This document shows positions 19,747-28,932 of a DNA stretch of 36,984 nt, piece after piece. The stretch spans positions 1 to 36,984 of the forward strand of contig CAYXYW010000003.1 in assembly GCA_964469855.1 (NCBI GenBank). Reading direction: 5' to 3'. Source of the stretch: an uncultured Bifidobacterium sp. (GTDB taxonomy: Bacteria; Actinomycetota; Actinomycetes; S36-B12; UBA5976). Within the stretch, counting starts at the first letter, position 1; every line of letters begins with the position of its first letter. The notes below the pieces were generated by a model that did not search any database, had not been told where the DNA came from, and was given only the letters and a program-made list of their open reading frames with translations. The translations under genes were made by a program, and so were the position numbers.

Positions 19747-21137
19747 TGTTGCTCCGCTCCAGGATTAACTCGGTGCAGTCTACGGGCTGCTTCCGCGATT
19801 GAACCGGTCAAACTCGGATAAACCGTAAAAGTATGTGCCAACTGATCTGTGGTCAGCCGTTGTTCAACCGCAATAGCAATCGGATAAATCAATTCACTGG
19901 CATTGCGAGCAACCACTACCCCACCAAGAATCACGCCAGAATCTGGATTGCTGAACAATTTCACAAAACCATCAGTCTGCCCTTGCATCTTGGCTCGGGC
20001 ATTTCCTGCCAGCGAAAGCGACATGGTGCGAGCGGTAATTTCACCCGAATCTATTTGACGTTGAGTTACCCCAACTGAGGCAATTTCTGGATCCGTGAAG
20101 ACATTGCTACTAACCGTTTGCAGATCAAGCGGTGATACCGCATCACCTAACGCGTGATACATTGCAATTCTTCCTTGCATCGCAGCTACTGAAGCGAGCG
20201 GCAAAATTCCAGTGCAGTCACCTGCAGCATAAACATTTCTAACTGAAGTGCGAGAAACGCGATCAACCTCAATATGTCCGCTATCAGTAGTTTTAACGCC
20301 AATAGTTTCAAGGCCTAGTTGATCAGTATTTGGTAATGACCCAATGGCGACTAATGCGTGTGTGCCAACAATTACTTCACCACTAGCTAGCTTTACTTCA
20401 ACACCAGAGCCAGTATTAACTACTGATGCTGCGCGAGCATTGTTGATTACTTTCATGCCGCGTCGAGCAAAAACTTTTTCCAACGCGGCTGCAGCATCTG
20501 GGTCTTCGCTTGGTAGCACACGATCTCGGGAAGAAATTAAAGTTACATCACTGCCAAGCGCGTTATAGGCAGAAGAAAATTCAGCACCGGTCACACCAGA
20601 ACCAATAACAATTAGTTTTGGTGGTAATTCCGTTAAGTCATATAACTGCTGCCAATCTAAAATCCGATCACCATCGGGTTTGATCTCTGGCATCACACGA
20701 GGGCGTGCGCCAGTTGCGATTAGCAAAACATCAAATTTAAGTTCGTTTTCTCCTACTTGCACCACGCCAGCACCAGCAATTTTTGCTCGTCCAGCAACTA
20801 ACTTAATATTTTCAGCAGTTAGCCTGGAAGTGATATCCGAACTCTGTGCTAACGCCAATGACTTAATTCGTTGATTAATCTGCAGCAGATCAGAGCTCAC
20901 CTGATTTGCAGTTGCAGCAACCCCGGCTAACTTCACGCCAAGCTCGCCAGACTCAGAGGTGGTAGTAATTGATTCTGCAGTTGCGATCAAGGTCTTTGAT
21001 GGCACGCAATCAGTTAGCACTGTTGCGCCACCCATTGCGTCATCACTAACTAGCTGGACTTGTGCCCCTAGTTGTGCGGCAACAAGTGCCGCCTCATAGC
21101 CGCCTGGCCCGCCACCAATGATTACTACCTCAGTCAC
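19743..21137 (-). CDS. lpdA: Flavoprotein disulfide reductase family, LpdA-type NAD(P)H dehydrogenase (single-Cys active-site motif)
   Basis: The FAD motif is IIGGGPGGYEAA. The redox motif GGATVLTDCVPSK holds only one Cys instead of CxxxxC. The C terminus reads TVYPSLTGS instead of HAHPT.SE, so the His-Glu dyad is missing. Mycobacterial LpdA (Rv3303c) shows the same features. Confidence 0.8.
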   Translation of the reverse strand: MTEVVIIGGGPGGYEAALVAAQLGAQVQLVSDDAMGGATVLTDCVPSKTLIATAESITTTSESGELGVKLAGVAATANQVSSDLLQINQRIKSLALAQSSDITSRLTAENIKLVAGRAKIAGAGVVQVGENELKFDVLLIATGARPRVMPEIKPDGDRILDWQQLYDLTELPPKLIVIGSGVTGAEFSSAYNALGSDVTLISSRDRVLPSEDPDAAAALEKVFARRGMKVINNARAASVVNTGSGVEVKLASGEVIVGTHALVAIGSLPNTDQLGLETIGVKTTDSGHIEVDRVSRTSVRNVYAAGDCTGILPLASVAAMQGRIAMYHALGDAVSPLDLQTVSSNVFTDPEIASVGVTQRQIDSGEITARTMSLSLAGNARAKMQGQTDGFVKLFSNPDSGVILGGVVVARNASELIYPIAIAVEQRLTTDQLAHTFTVYPSLTGSIAEAARRLHRVNPGAEQQ

Positions 21138-21194
21138 GGGGGAATTCTGGCAGAGCCTTGCTAACTATCTGGCACTAACGACTAATCTCGGCTC

Positions 21195-21998
21195 ATGACC
21201 GCTGAAATAGACCCCTATCAAGCCGCTGCTGCCGCTGCCCGTGTCCTGGCCAAAGAGACCGGTGTGGTGCATCATGATGTTTTAGTTGTGCTGGGTTCAG
21301 GCTGGACCCCAGCTGCGGATGAGTTTGGTGATCCAACCGCTGAGATCACAGTTACTAACTTGCCAGGTTTTTCCGCTCCTGCGGTTGAAGGTCATGCTGG
21401 AAAGTTGCGCTCGGTTCGAGTGGGTGGACTTAATGTTTTGTTACAACTTGGCCGGACTCATTACTATGAGAAAAATGATGCACAAGCAGTAGTGCATGCG
21501 GTGCGAACTGCGTTGGCATCTGGTGTGAAAACTGTAGTGCTTACGAATGCTGCGGGTTCATTAAATCCAAATTGGACGCCAGGCACACCAGTATTGATTA
21601 AAGATCAGATTAATTTAACTGGTGGAACACCATTAGTTGGTGCCAGATTTGTTGATGTTACTGAAATTTATTCCAAACGGTTGCGCGAATTAGCAAAACA
21701 CGTAAAGCCAGACTTAGTTGAAGGTGTCTATACCGCTTTTCATGGACCGCAATATGAAACTCCAGCTGAAATTGCCATGGTGCGTGCTATCGGCGGCGAC
21801 CTTGTTGGTATGTCAACTGCGCTTGAGGCTATTGCAGCGCGCGAGGGAAATGCTGAAGTGCTTGGCATCTCCTTGGTAACCAATTTGGCCGCTGGTATGA
21901 CCGGCGAAAAGTTAAACCATGAAGAAGTTTTAGCTGCCGGCAAACAAGCAGCAACTGCCATGGGCAAATTGCTGGTTGAGGTTGTAACTAAGTTATGA
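21195..21998 (+). CDS. punA: Purine nucleoside phosphorylase (trimeric PunA type)
   Basis: 267 aa with motifs VLGSGW, GRTHYYE, GPQYETPAE and VGMSTALE. Confidence 0.9.
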   Translation: MTAEIDPYQAAAAAARVLAKETGVVHHDVLVVLGSGWTPAADEFGDPTAEITVTNLPGFSAPAVEGHAGKLRSVRVGGLNVLLQLGRTHYYEKNDAQAVVHAVRTALASGVKTVVLTNAAGSLNPNWTPGTPVLIKDQINLTGGTPLVGARFVDVTEIYSKRLRELAKHVKPDLVEGVYTAFHGPQYETPAEIAMVRAIGGDLVGMSTALEAIAAREGNAEVLGISLVTNLAAGMTGEKLNHEEVLAAGKQAATAMGKLLVEVVTKL

Positions 21999-23644
21999 CT
22001 AACACTGAGCAGTTAATTGAAACTGCTAAATCATGGTTAGCGCAAGATTTTGATCCAGCAACTATTGCTGAGTTAACCCAATTGATTTCAGCTGCAGCAA
22101 CAGACCCAACGGCGTTCGCTGAATTGGCAAGCAGATTCAGTGGTGCGCTGGAATTTGGAACCGCTGGGCTTCGCGCTGAAGTTGCTGCTGGTGAATCACG
22201 AATGAATCGTGCCACCGTGGCAAAAGCAGCGTGGGGCGTCTCGCAGTGGTTAATGGCGTCTGGAAAGCAGAAATTAGTTGTCGGTAATGATGCCCGATTT
22301 GGATCAACAGAGTTTGCCGAAGACACGTGCGGTATCGCTGCTGCGTTAGGACTTACTGTTATTCGATTAGCTGAGCCAGTGCCAACTCCGGTGTTGGCTT
22401 ATGCCGTAACAGAACTTGGCGCGGATGCTGGCATTATGGTGACCGCATCACATAATCCAGCAAAAGACAATGGTTATAAGGTCTATGACCAAACTGGCTC
22501 GCAGATAATTTCACCAAGCGATCAGGAGATTGCGGCATTAAATGCAACAGCACCCGCTGCTAATGAGATAGATCGATCTGGCAAGTACCAAACCGAAGAA
22601 ATGATTGACAACTATCTGCAATACGTGACTTCTTATGCGCTACCAGATCTCAATACTGATCTAAAAATTGCATATACCGCGCTGCACGGTGTGGGTTCAA
22701 TCACTTTTAATAAATTACTTGACCAAGTTGGTTATCGAAATGTGGTTGAAGTTGCCGCACAGCAGCAACCAGATCCGAAATTTCCAACCGTTGAATTTCC
22801 AAATCCAGAAGAAGCTGGAGCGATGGATCTACTGCTGGCTTTGGCCGAAAAAGAAAATGCGGATATTGCTATTGCTAATGATCCGGATGCCGATCGCACT
22901 GCAGTTGCGCTACCCACTGCTGCCGGCTGGCAGATGTTAACTGGTGATGAACTTGGCACGTTATTGGCTTGGTGGTGTATTGAGCGAGCTAAATTAACTG
23001 GCAAGCCAGTAACTGGTGCGATGGCAGCATCAATTGTTTCAAGTTCAATGACGCAACGAATTGCGCTGGCTAACAATTTGAGATTTCAATTCACGTTAAC
23101 TGGTTTCAAATATGTCGGTCGAGTGCCAGACTTAATTTTTGGCTATGAAGAGGCCATTGGATATTGTGTTTTACCAGAAAAAGTGAAAGATAAAGATGGC
23201 ATCTCCGCAGCACTGTTTGTGATAGAGCTTACAAGTTATCTCAAGTCAGTTGGAAAAACACCTTGGCAGCAGTTAGCTCAGCTATATCAAGATCATGGCA
23301 TGGTGCTTACCAAACAGATCACGCTCCGCATGAATGATTTAGCATCAGTAAAAAATAAGCTCACGCAAATTACAAATCAGTTACCAACTGAACTGGGTGC
23401 AATTGCGCTAACGTCAGTAGCAGATTTTGCTAATGGCGTCGATTCATTACCTAAATCAAGCGGGATTAGATTGAGTTTCGCCAATGGTCGAATCATCATT
23501 AGGCCAAGTGGTACTGAACCAAAACTCAAGTGCTACATCGAAGTTACCGCATCCCCTAGCAGCGAGTTGGCCGCGATTTCGGATCAGTTACATAATCAAC
23601 TCAACCAGCTCACCGTTGCATTAACCGAGTTGGTCAACAACTGA
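21995..23644 (+). CDS. pmmB: Alpha-D-phosphohexomutase superfamily protein (PmmB/PGM2-like; probable phosphopentomutase)
   Basis: 549 aa with the active-site Ser loop TASHNPAKDNGYKVY and the metal loop ANDPDADR. The start is coupled to punA by an ATGA overlap. Confidence 0.85.
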   Translation: MTNTEQLIETAKSWLAQDFDPATIAELTQLISAAATDPTAFAELASRFSGALEFGTAGLRAEVAAGESRMNRATVAKAAWGVSQWLMASGKQKLVVGNDARFGSTEFAEDTCGIAAALGLTVIRLAEPVPTPVLAYAVTELGADAGIMVTASHNPAKDNGYKVYDQTGSQIISPSDQEIAALNATAPAANEIDRSGKYQTEEMIDNYLQYVTSYALPDLNTDLKIAYTALHGVGSITFNKLLDQVGYRNVVEVAAQQQPDPKFPTVEFPNPEEAGAMDLLLALAEKENADIAIANDPDADRTAVALPTAAGWQMLTGDELGTLLAWWCIERAKLTGKPVTGAMAASIVSSSMTQRIALANNLRFQFTLTGFKYVGRVPDLIFGYEEAIGYCVLPEKVKDKDGISAALFVIELTSYLKSVGKTPWQQLAQLYQDHGMVLTKQITLRMNDLASVKNKLTQITNQLPTELGAIALTSVADFANGVDSLPKSSGIRLSFANGRIIIRPSGTEPKLKCYIEVTASPSSELAAISDQLHNQLNQLTVALTELVNN

Positions 23645-23690
23645 GCCAAAGTGCTAAGTTTTGACCTAAGCAGCGACTGAAGGCGTGCTG

Positions 23691-24614
23691 ATGAATATTG
23701 CGGTTGTGGGTAGCACCAATATTGACATGGTGACCTATGCCAAAGTGCTGCCAGAATCTGGTGAAACGCTAAAAGGTGACAACTTTTTGCTTGGGTTTGG
23801 CGGTAAAGGCGCAAATCAGGCGGTGATGGCTGCGCGATTTGGTGCGCCAGTTTTTATGATCAACTCAATTGGCACTGATGTATTTGGCGACACCACGTTA
23901 GAGAATTTCAAAAAAGAAGGTGTTGAGACAAAGTATGTAACTCGAGTTGATGGTCCATCAGGTGTTGCACCTATCTGGGTTGATGCGGCAGGTGAAAATC
24001 GAATAATTGTGGTGCCGGGCGCTAATGGCAAAATGACTATATCCCAAGCTGAGCAAGCAATTGCTGAGATCGCTGATCTAGCAGTTGTGCTAGGCCAATT
24101 TGAAATTCCACAACAAGTAACCGCTGCAGCATTTAAGTCAGCACGGCAAAAAGGTGCACTCACGGTATTAAATCCAGCGCCATTTGAAACTGTGTTGCCT
24201 GAACTATTGGCCAATTGCGATTGGATAATTCCTAATGAATCTGAATTCGCTGGTTTGCATCCAGCTGGAAAACAGCCAACAACAGATGCTGAGATAATCG
24301 AATTAGCAAATCTATTAAAAACAAATTTATGCGTTACGTTAGGTGAAGCAGGCGTTGCTATTGTTGAAACTGGAAGCAATGAAGTTATTCGAATAGCCGC
24401 AACTGCAGTTAAGCCGATTGATACCACCGGTGCTGGCGATTGTTTCGTCGGTTCGTTTAGTTACGGGTTAGTTTCGGGGTTAACTCCAGCCCAAGCAGCG
24501 CAATTAGGTACTCGTTGTGCCTCACTTAGCGTGACACGGCTAGGAACTATGGCTTCCTACCCCACAACTGAAGAGGCTGCTGCGCTATTGGCTACGGTTA
24601 GGGTGGGTAACTAA
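23691..24614 (+). CDS. rbsK: Ribokinase / deoxyribokinase (PfkB family)
   Basis: Motifs are VVGSTNIDMV, GGKGANQAV and DTTGAGDCFVG. ATG 23691 sits 7 nt behind GAAGG. The GTG 23685 start in the ORF track is too close to that SD. Confidence 0.85.
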   Translation: MNIAVVGSTNIDMVTYAKVLPESGETLKGDNFLLGFGGKGANQAVMAARFGAPVFMINSIGTDVFGDTTLENFKKEGVETKYVTRVDGPSGVAPIWVDAAGENRIIVVPGANGKMTISQAEQAIAEIADLAVVLGQFEIPQQVTAAAFKSARQKGALTVLNPAPFETVLPELLANCDWIIPNESEFAGLHPAGKQPTTDAEIIELANLLKTNLCVTLGEAGVAIVETGSNEVIRIAATAVKPIDTTGAGDCFVGSFSYGLVSGLTPAQAAQLGTRCASLSVTRLGTMASYPTTEEAAALLATVRVGN

Positions 24615-25573
24615 TGCTAAACAGTAGAACCAGCCAGCCGGCCTCGCTTCGGGAAGTTAGCGCAACTGACGCTAGCTTAAAAACTTTCCTGCACGGTCTA
24701 GCAGGTGTAGATCAAGTTGGTGCAGATGCAAGAGCTGCCATGCTTGGCACGAGATCTATCAAAACATCGGCAAAAAGCAGCGCGATTGATCTGGCAATCA
24801 GCATGATCGATTTAACTACGCTAGAAGGTGCTGACACGCCAGGCAAAGTGCGCACCCTTTGCGCCAAGGCGAAACGACCAGATGCCGAGGACTTAACCGT
24901 GCCAACCGTAGGTGCAGTTTGTGTTTACGGCGATCTGGCACATATTGCCAAAGCAGAATTACAAAATACTTCAATCAAAGTGGCTGCAGTTGCAACTGCA
25001 TTTCCATCTGGCCGTGCCAGTCTTAAAGTTAAATTGCTAGATACCCAAGAAGCGGTTGCTAATGGAGCAGATGAAATTGATATGGTGATTGATCGAGGGG
25101 CGTTCCTTGCTGGACGGTATCTTGATGTGTTTAATGAAATTGTTGCTGTTAAAGAGGCATGTGGGAATGCTCATCTGAAGGTTATTTTAGAAACTGGTGA
25201 GCTGAAAACATATGACAATGTGAAACGTGCGTCCTGGCTTGCCATGCTCGCTGGTGCTGATTTTATTAAAACCTCTACCGGCAAAGTTCAGCCAGCAGCA
25301 ACATTGCCCGTTACGTTAGTAATGTTGCAAGCAATTAGAGATTTTGAGGCAATGACAAACATCAAAGTTGGGATGAAGCCAGCTGGTGGCATTAAAACAA
25401 CTAAAGATGCAATTAAATATTTAGTTTTGGTTAATGAAACTTTAGGTGAGCAATGGTTAACTCCAGATTTATTCAGACTAGGTGCATCCAGCTTGCTAAA
25501 TGATTTGTTAATGCAGCGCTATCGAATGAAAACTGGTCGTTATGCTGGTAATGATTATGTGACGGTGGATTAA
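24614..25573 (+). CDS. deoC: Deoxyribose-phosphate aldolase (long actinobacterial form)
   Basis: 319 aa with motifs IDLTTLEG, EIDMVI and the Schiff-base Lys region FIKTSTGK. Confidence 0.9.
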   Translation: MLNSRTSQPASLREVSATDASLKTFLHGLAGVDQVGADARAAMLGTRSIKTSAKSSAIDLAISMIDLTTLEGADTPGKVRTLCAKAKRPDAEDLTVPTVGAVCVYGDLAHIAKAELQNTSIKVAAVATAFPSGRASLKVKLLDTQEAVANGADEIDMVIDRGAFLAGRYLDVFNEIVAVKEACGNAHLKVILETGELKTYDNVKRASWLAMLAGADFIKTSTGKVQPAATLPVTLVMLQAIRDFEAMTNIKVGMKPAGGIKTTKDAIKYLVLVNETLGEQWLTPDLFRLGASSLLNDLLMQRYRMKTGRYAGNDYVTVD

Positions 25574-25575
25574 TT

Positions 25576-27018
25576 ATGAAATTTGAATACGCACCAGCAC
25601 CTGAATCAACTTCCATTGTTGATATCAAACCAAGTTATGACTTATTTATTGCTGGCAATTTTGTTGCCAGCAAAACCGGCAGAAAATTTGAAACCATAAA
25701 TCCAGCAACTGAAGCGGTGTTGGCTGAAATCACTGAGGCTAGTGACGTTGATGTTGATGCTGCGGTTAAAGCCGCTCGTAATGCATTTAAGTCCTGGTCT
25801 AAATTGCCAGGCACTGAGCGGGCGAAATACATTTATCGAATTGCCCGCATAATTCAAGATCGCGCTCGAGAGATTGCGGTGCTAGAGACGCTAAATAATG
25901 GCAAGCCAATTCGAGAATCTAGAGATGTAGATATTCCGTTGGTTGCAGCACATTTCTTCCATTATGCCGGCTGGGCAGACAAGTTGGAATATGCCGGCAT
26001 GGGGCCAGCCCCAACGCCACACGGCGTAGTAGGACAGATCATTCCGTGGAACTTCCCGATGTTGATGCTGGCATGGAAGATTGCACCGGCATTAGCTGCT
26101 GGAAACACTGTGGTGCTCAAGCCAGCAGAAACCACATCACTAACTGCGCTGTTGTTTGCTGAAATCTGCCAACAAGCAGAGCTACCAGATGGTGTGGTGA
26201 ACATCGTAACTGGCGCAGGAAATACTGGTCGTGCGATTGTTAATCATCCTGACATCAACAAGATCGCCTTTACTGGCTCAACTGAAGTTGGCCGCATGAT
26301 TGCGCAAGCCGCTGCTGGCACGGAAAAGAAGTTGACCTTAGAGCTCGGTGGAAAAGCTGCCAATATTGTGTTTGATGATGCGCCGATTGATCAAACCGTT
26401 GAAGGCATTGTGAATGGCATTTTCTTCAATCAAGGGCACGTTTGCTGTGCTGGCTCAAGATTGCTAGTGCAAGAATCAATTCATGATGAATTAATGGCGC
26501 TGCTCTACCAGCGACTTGATTTGCTGCGCGTTGGCGATCCGCTAGATAAAAATACTGATGTTGGCGCAATCAACTCCGCCGCCCAACTAGCAAAAATAAA
26601 TGAGCTAGCAGCATCTGGCGATGCAGAAGGGGCTCACCGCTGGAGCGCTTCTTGTGCACTACCAGCAACTGGTTTTTGGTTTCCGCCAACTGTATTTACT
26701 AATGTGTCTCAAGCGCATCGAATTGCTCGCGAAGAGATCTTTGGTCCGGTGCTAAGCGTGCTGACCTTCCGCACGCCGGATGAAGCAATCGCCAAGGCAA
26801 ATAACACGCCATACGGCCTAAGCGCCGGCATCTGGACTGAAAAAGGCAGCCGAATTTTGGAGGTGGCCAGCAAGCTACGCGCTGGCGTGGTCTGGGCAAA
26901 CACCTTCAATAAATTTGATCCAACCAGTCCGTTTGGTGGCTACAAAGAATCTGGCTATGGCCGCGAAGGTGGCCGACATGGTTTAGAAGCATATTTGGTA
27001 GCGAGCAAGCATGACTAA
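25576..27018 (+). CDS. NAD(P)-dependent aldehyde dehydrogenase (full length; likely acetaldehyde-oxidising in this context)
   Basis: 480 aa with all ALDH hallmarks: IIPWNFP, VVLKPAE, FTGSTEVG, LELGGK, catalytic Cys in QGHVCCAGSR, and EEIFGPV. Confidence 0.9.
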   Translation: MKFEYAPAPESTSIVDIKPSYDLFIAGNFVASKTGRKFETINPATEAVLAEITEASDVDVDAAVKAARNAFKSWSKLPGTERAKYIYRIARIIQDRAREIAVLETLNNGKPIRESRDVDIPLVAAHFFHYAGWADKLEYAGMGPAPTPHGVVGQIIPWNFPMLMLAWKIAPALAAGNTVVLKPAETTSLTALLFAEICQQAELPDGVVNIVTGAGNTGRAIVNHPDINKIAFTGSTEVGRMIAQAAAGTEKKLTLELGGKAANIVFDDAPIDQTVEGIVNGIFFNQGHVCCAGSRLLVQESIHDELMALLYQRLDLLRVGDPLDKNTDVGAINSAAQLAKINELAASGDAEGAHRWSASCALPATGFWFPPTVFTNVSQAHRIAREEIFGPVLSVLTFRTPDEAIAKANNTPYGLSAGIWTEKGSRILEVASKLRAGVVWANTFNKFDPTSPFGGYKESGYGREGGRHGLEAYLVASKHD

Positions 27019-27847
27019 TCCAATTGAAGTGAAACGGACGGCAAAGTTATTTATTAATGGTGCATTCCCACGCTCAGAGTCTGGTCGTTCCTATCCAGTT
27101 TCCGACAAATCTGGAAACTTTATTGCCAATGTTGCAAACGCCACCCGAAAAGATGCGCGTGATGCAGTCGTTGCGGCAAGTGCCGCGCAACCGAAATGGG
27201 CGGCCGCAACCGCATATAACCGCGGTCAGATTTTGTATCGAGTGGCTGAGATGTTGCAGGGTCGAAAAGAGCAATTTGCTTCGGAATTGAAGGCGGCTGG
27301 GGTTAAGCATGCTGATGCTGAAGTTAATAACGCAATTGATCGAATAATTTGGTATTCCGGTTGGTCTGATAAATTGGCAATGACTATGGGTAGTGCAAAT
27401 CCAGTTGCTGGTCCATATTTCAACTTCTCAATTCCAGAGCCAACTGGCGTTATTGCAACTATTGCTCGGGAAGATGAGCCGCTACTGGCACTTATAGATC
27501 AAATTTGTGCTGCAATTGTTAGTGGCAATACCACTGTGGTGCTTGCACCGCAGGCAGCACCGTTAATTGCAGTATCGCTAGCTGAAGTGTTGGCCACCTC
27601 AGATCTGCCAGCTGGAGTTGTCAATATTTTGACTTGTGACTCGGATGAAATTGCTACTTGGCTTGCCTCTCATTTAGAGGTTGATGGTATTGATTTATCG
27701 GGTGTTACCGATGCAGATTTCAAAGCCAAATTAGAAACTGAAGCGGCAATTAATTTAAAACGCGTGCTGCGTGATTTCGTTGATGGTTACCAAGCCATGA
27801 AGACTTGGTTGGAAATCAAAACTGTTTGGCACCCACAAGGATTTTAG
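27011..27847 (+). CDS. ALDH-like protein lacking the catalytic domain (cofactor-binding and oligomerisation parts only)
   Basis: The 278-aa protein aligns by eye to the N-terminal ~260 aa of the upstream ALDH. Examples are [12 protein letters not shown]...[12 protein letters not shown] and [11 protein letters not shown] versus GNTVVLKPAE. It then jumps to an ALDH-like C-terminal strand (WLEIKTVW). It has no ELGGK Glu, no catalytic Cys and no EEIFGPV. Its start overlaps the upstream stop by 8 nt. Confidence 0.7.
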   Translation: MTNPIEVKRTAKLFINGAFPRSESGRSYPVSDKSGNFIANVANATRKDARDAVVAASAAQPKWAAATAYNRGQILYRVAEMLQGRKEQFASELKAAGVKHADAEVNNAIDRIIWYSGWSDKLAMTMGSANPVAGPYFNFSIPEPTGVIATIAREDEPLLALIDQICAAIVSGNTTVVLAPQAAPLIAVSLAEVLATSDLPAGVVNILTCDSDEIATWLASHLEVDGIDLSGVTDADFKAKLETEAAINLKRVLRDFVDGYQAMKTWLEIKTVWHPQGF

Positions 27848-28932
27848 CCAAATTTGGCAATTGCCTCGGTGTAACCTGGTTTGACGATTTCATTAATTAT
27901 TTTTAACCGCTGATCAAACGGAATAAAGGCACTCTTCATGGCATTTATGGTTAACCAACGAAGCTGCTCTAACGTAAATCCTGCCTGGGTGTGAAGTAAG
28001 AACATTTCATTTGACATTGAAGTTTGCGACATTAATCGATTATCAGTATTTACGGTGGCTCGAAAACCTAACTTAGTTAGCGTAGTAATTGGATGCTCCG
28101 CAATGCTTTTAGCAGCGCCAGTATGCACATTAGATACTGGGCATAACTCCAGCGGAACGCGGCGATCTCTCACATAATGCGCTAACTCACCCAATTCATA
28201 ACTGCCATCTGGTTGAACTTTGATGTCATCAATTATTCGAACACCATGACCTAGCCGATCCGCACCACAAACCTGCACGGCTTCCCAGATTGATGGCAGC
28301 CCAAAAGCTTCACCAGCATGAATAGTCATATGAAAATTTGCCCGATGAATCTCATCAAAAGCATCTAAATGTCTAGATGGTGGAAAGCCTGCCTCTTTGC
28401 CGGCAATATCAAACCCAACCACACCTTTGCTGCGCCACCTAATTGCTAACTGTGCAATCTCAGTTGAGCGCGCTGCAGTGCGCATCGCAGTAAGCAAAGT
28501 GCGCATAACGATTGGCTTTCCTGCCTGCGCCATCTCTTTCTCACCTCGAGCAAATCCAGTTACAACTGCCTCAACAATTTCATCAAGCGATAAACCCTTA
28601 AGTTGATGCAGTTCTGGTGCAAATCTAATTTCAGCATAAATCACACCATCATTGGCATGATCAACCGCGCACTCATACGCCACACGTTCAATTGAAGCAA
28701 AGCTCTGCATCACGCCAACTGTGTGCTGGAAAGTTTCTAAATAGGTTTCCAGCGAACCAGAATCACACGCGTTCTTAATCCAAGTAGCCAGCTCAGTTGG
28801 ATCAGTGGTTGGTAATCCTTGATAGCCCTCAAGCACGGCAAGTTCTGCCACTGTCTGAGGACGAAGTCCCCCATCGAGATGATCATGCAGCACTGCCTTT
28901 GGCAGCGTCTTGACCTGGTCCATGGTTAGCAT
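27844..28932 (-). CDS. add: Adenosine deaminase
   Basis: Motifs are [15 protein letters not shown], the HAGE region (TIHAGEAFG) and SVNTDN-like [10 protein letters not shown] chose ATG 28932 (MLTMDQ), which lies behind AGGGG. The ORF-track start 28995 adds 21 unconserved residues. Confidence 0.92.
   Translation of the reverse strand: MLTMDQVKTLPKAVLHDHLDGGLRPQTVAELAVLEGYQGLPTTDPTELATWIKNACDSGSLETYLETFQHTVGVMQSFASIERVAYECAVDHANDGVIYAEIRFAPELHQLKGLSLDEIVEAVVTGFARGEKEMAQAGKPIVMRTLLTAMRTAARSTEIAQLAIRWRSKGVVGFDIAGKEAGFPPSRHLDAFDEIHRANFHMTIHAGEAFGLPSIWEAVQVCGADRLGHGVRIIDDIKVQPDGSYELGELAHYVRDRRVPLELCPVSNVHTGAAKSIAEHPITTLTKLGFRATVNTDNRLMSQTSMSNEMFLLHTQAGFTLEQLRWLTINAMKSAFIPFDQRLKIINEIVKPGYTEAIAKFG

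Noticed and set aside
23816-24427. A 203-aa ORF antisense to rbsK. Similar long antisense ORFs occur elsewhere, for example 33497-33898, 35592-35969, 10707-11033, 22732-23076, 21988-22326 and 13433-13892.
   Set aside because: Each lies wholly inside a strongly motif-supported gene on the other strand. They are Ala/Ser/Thr/Pro-rich low-complexity translations with no SD and no recognisable domain. This is the usual shadow-ORF artefact of codon-biased genes.
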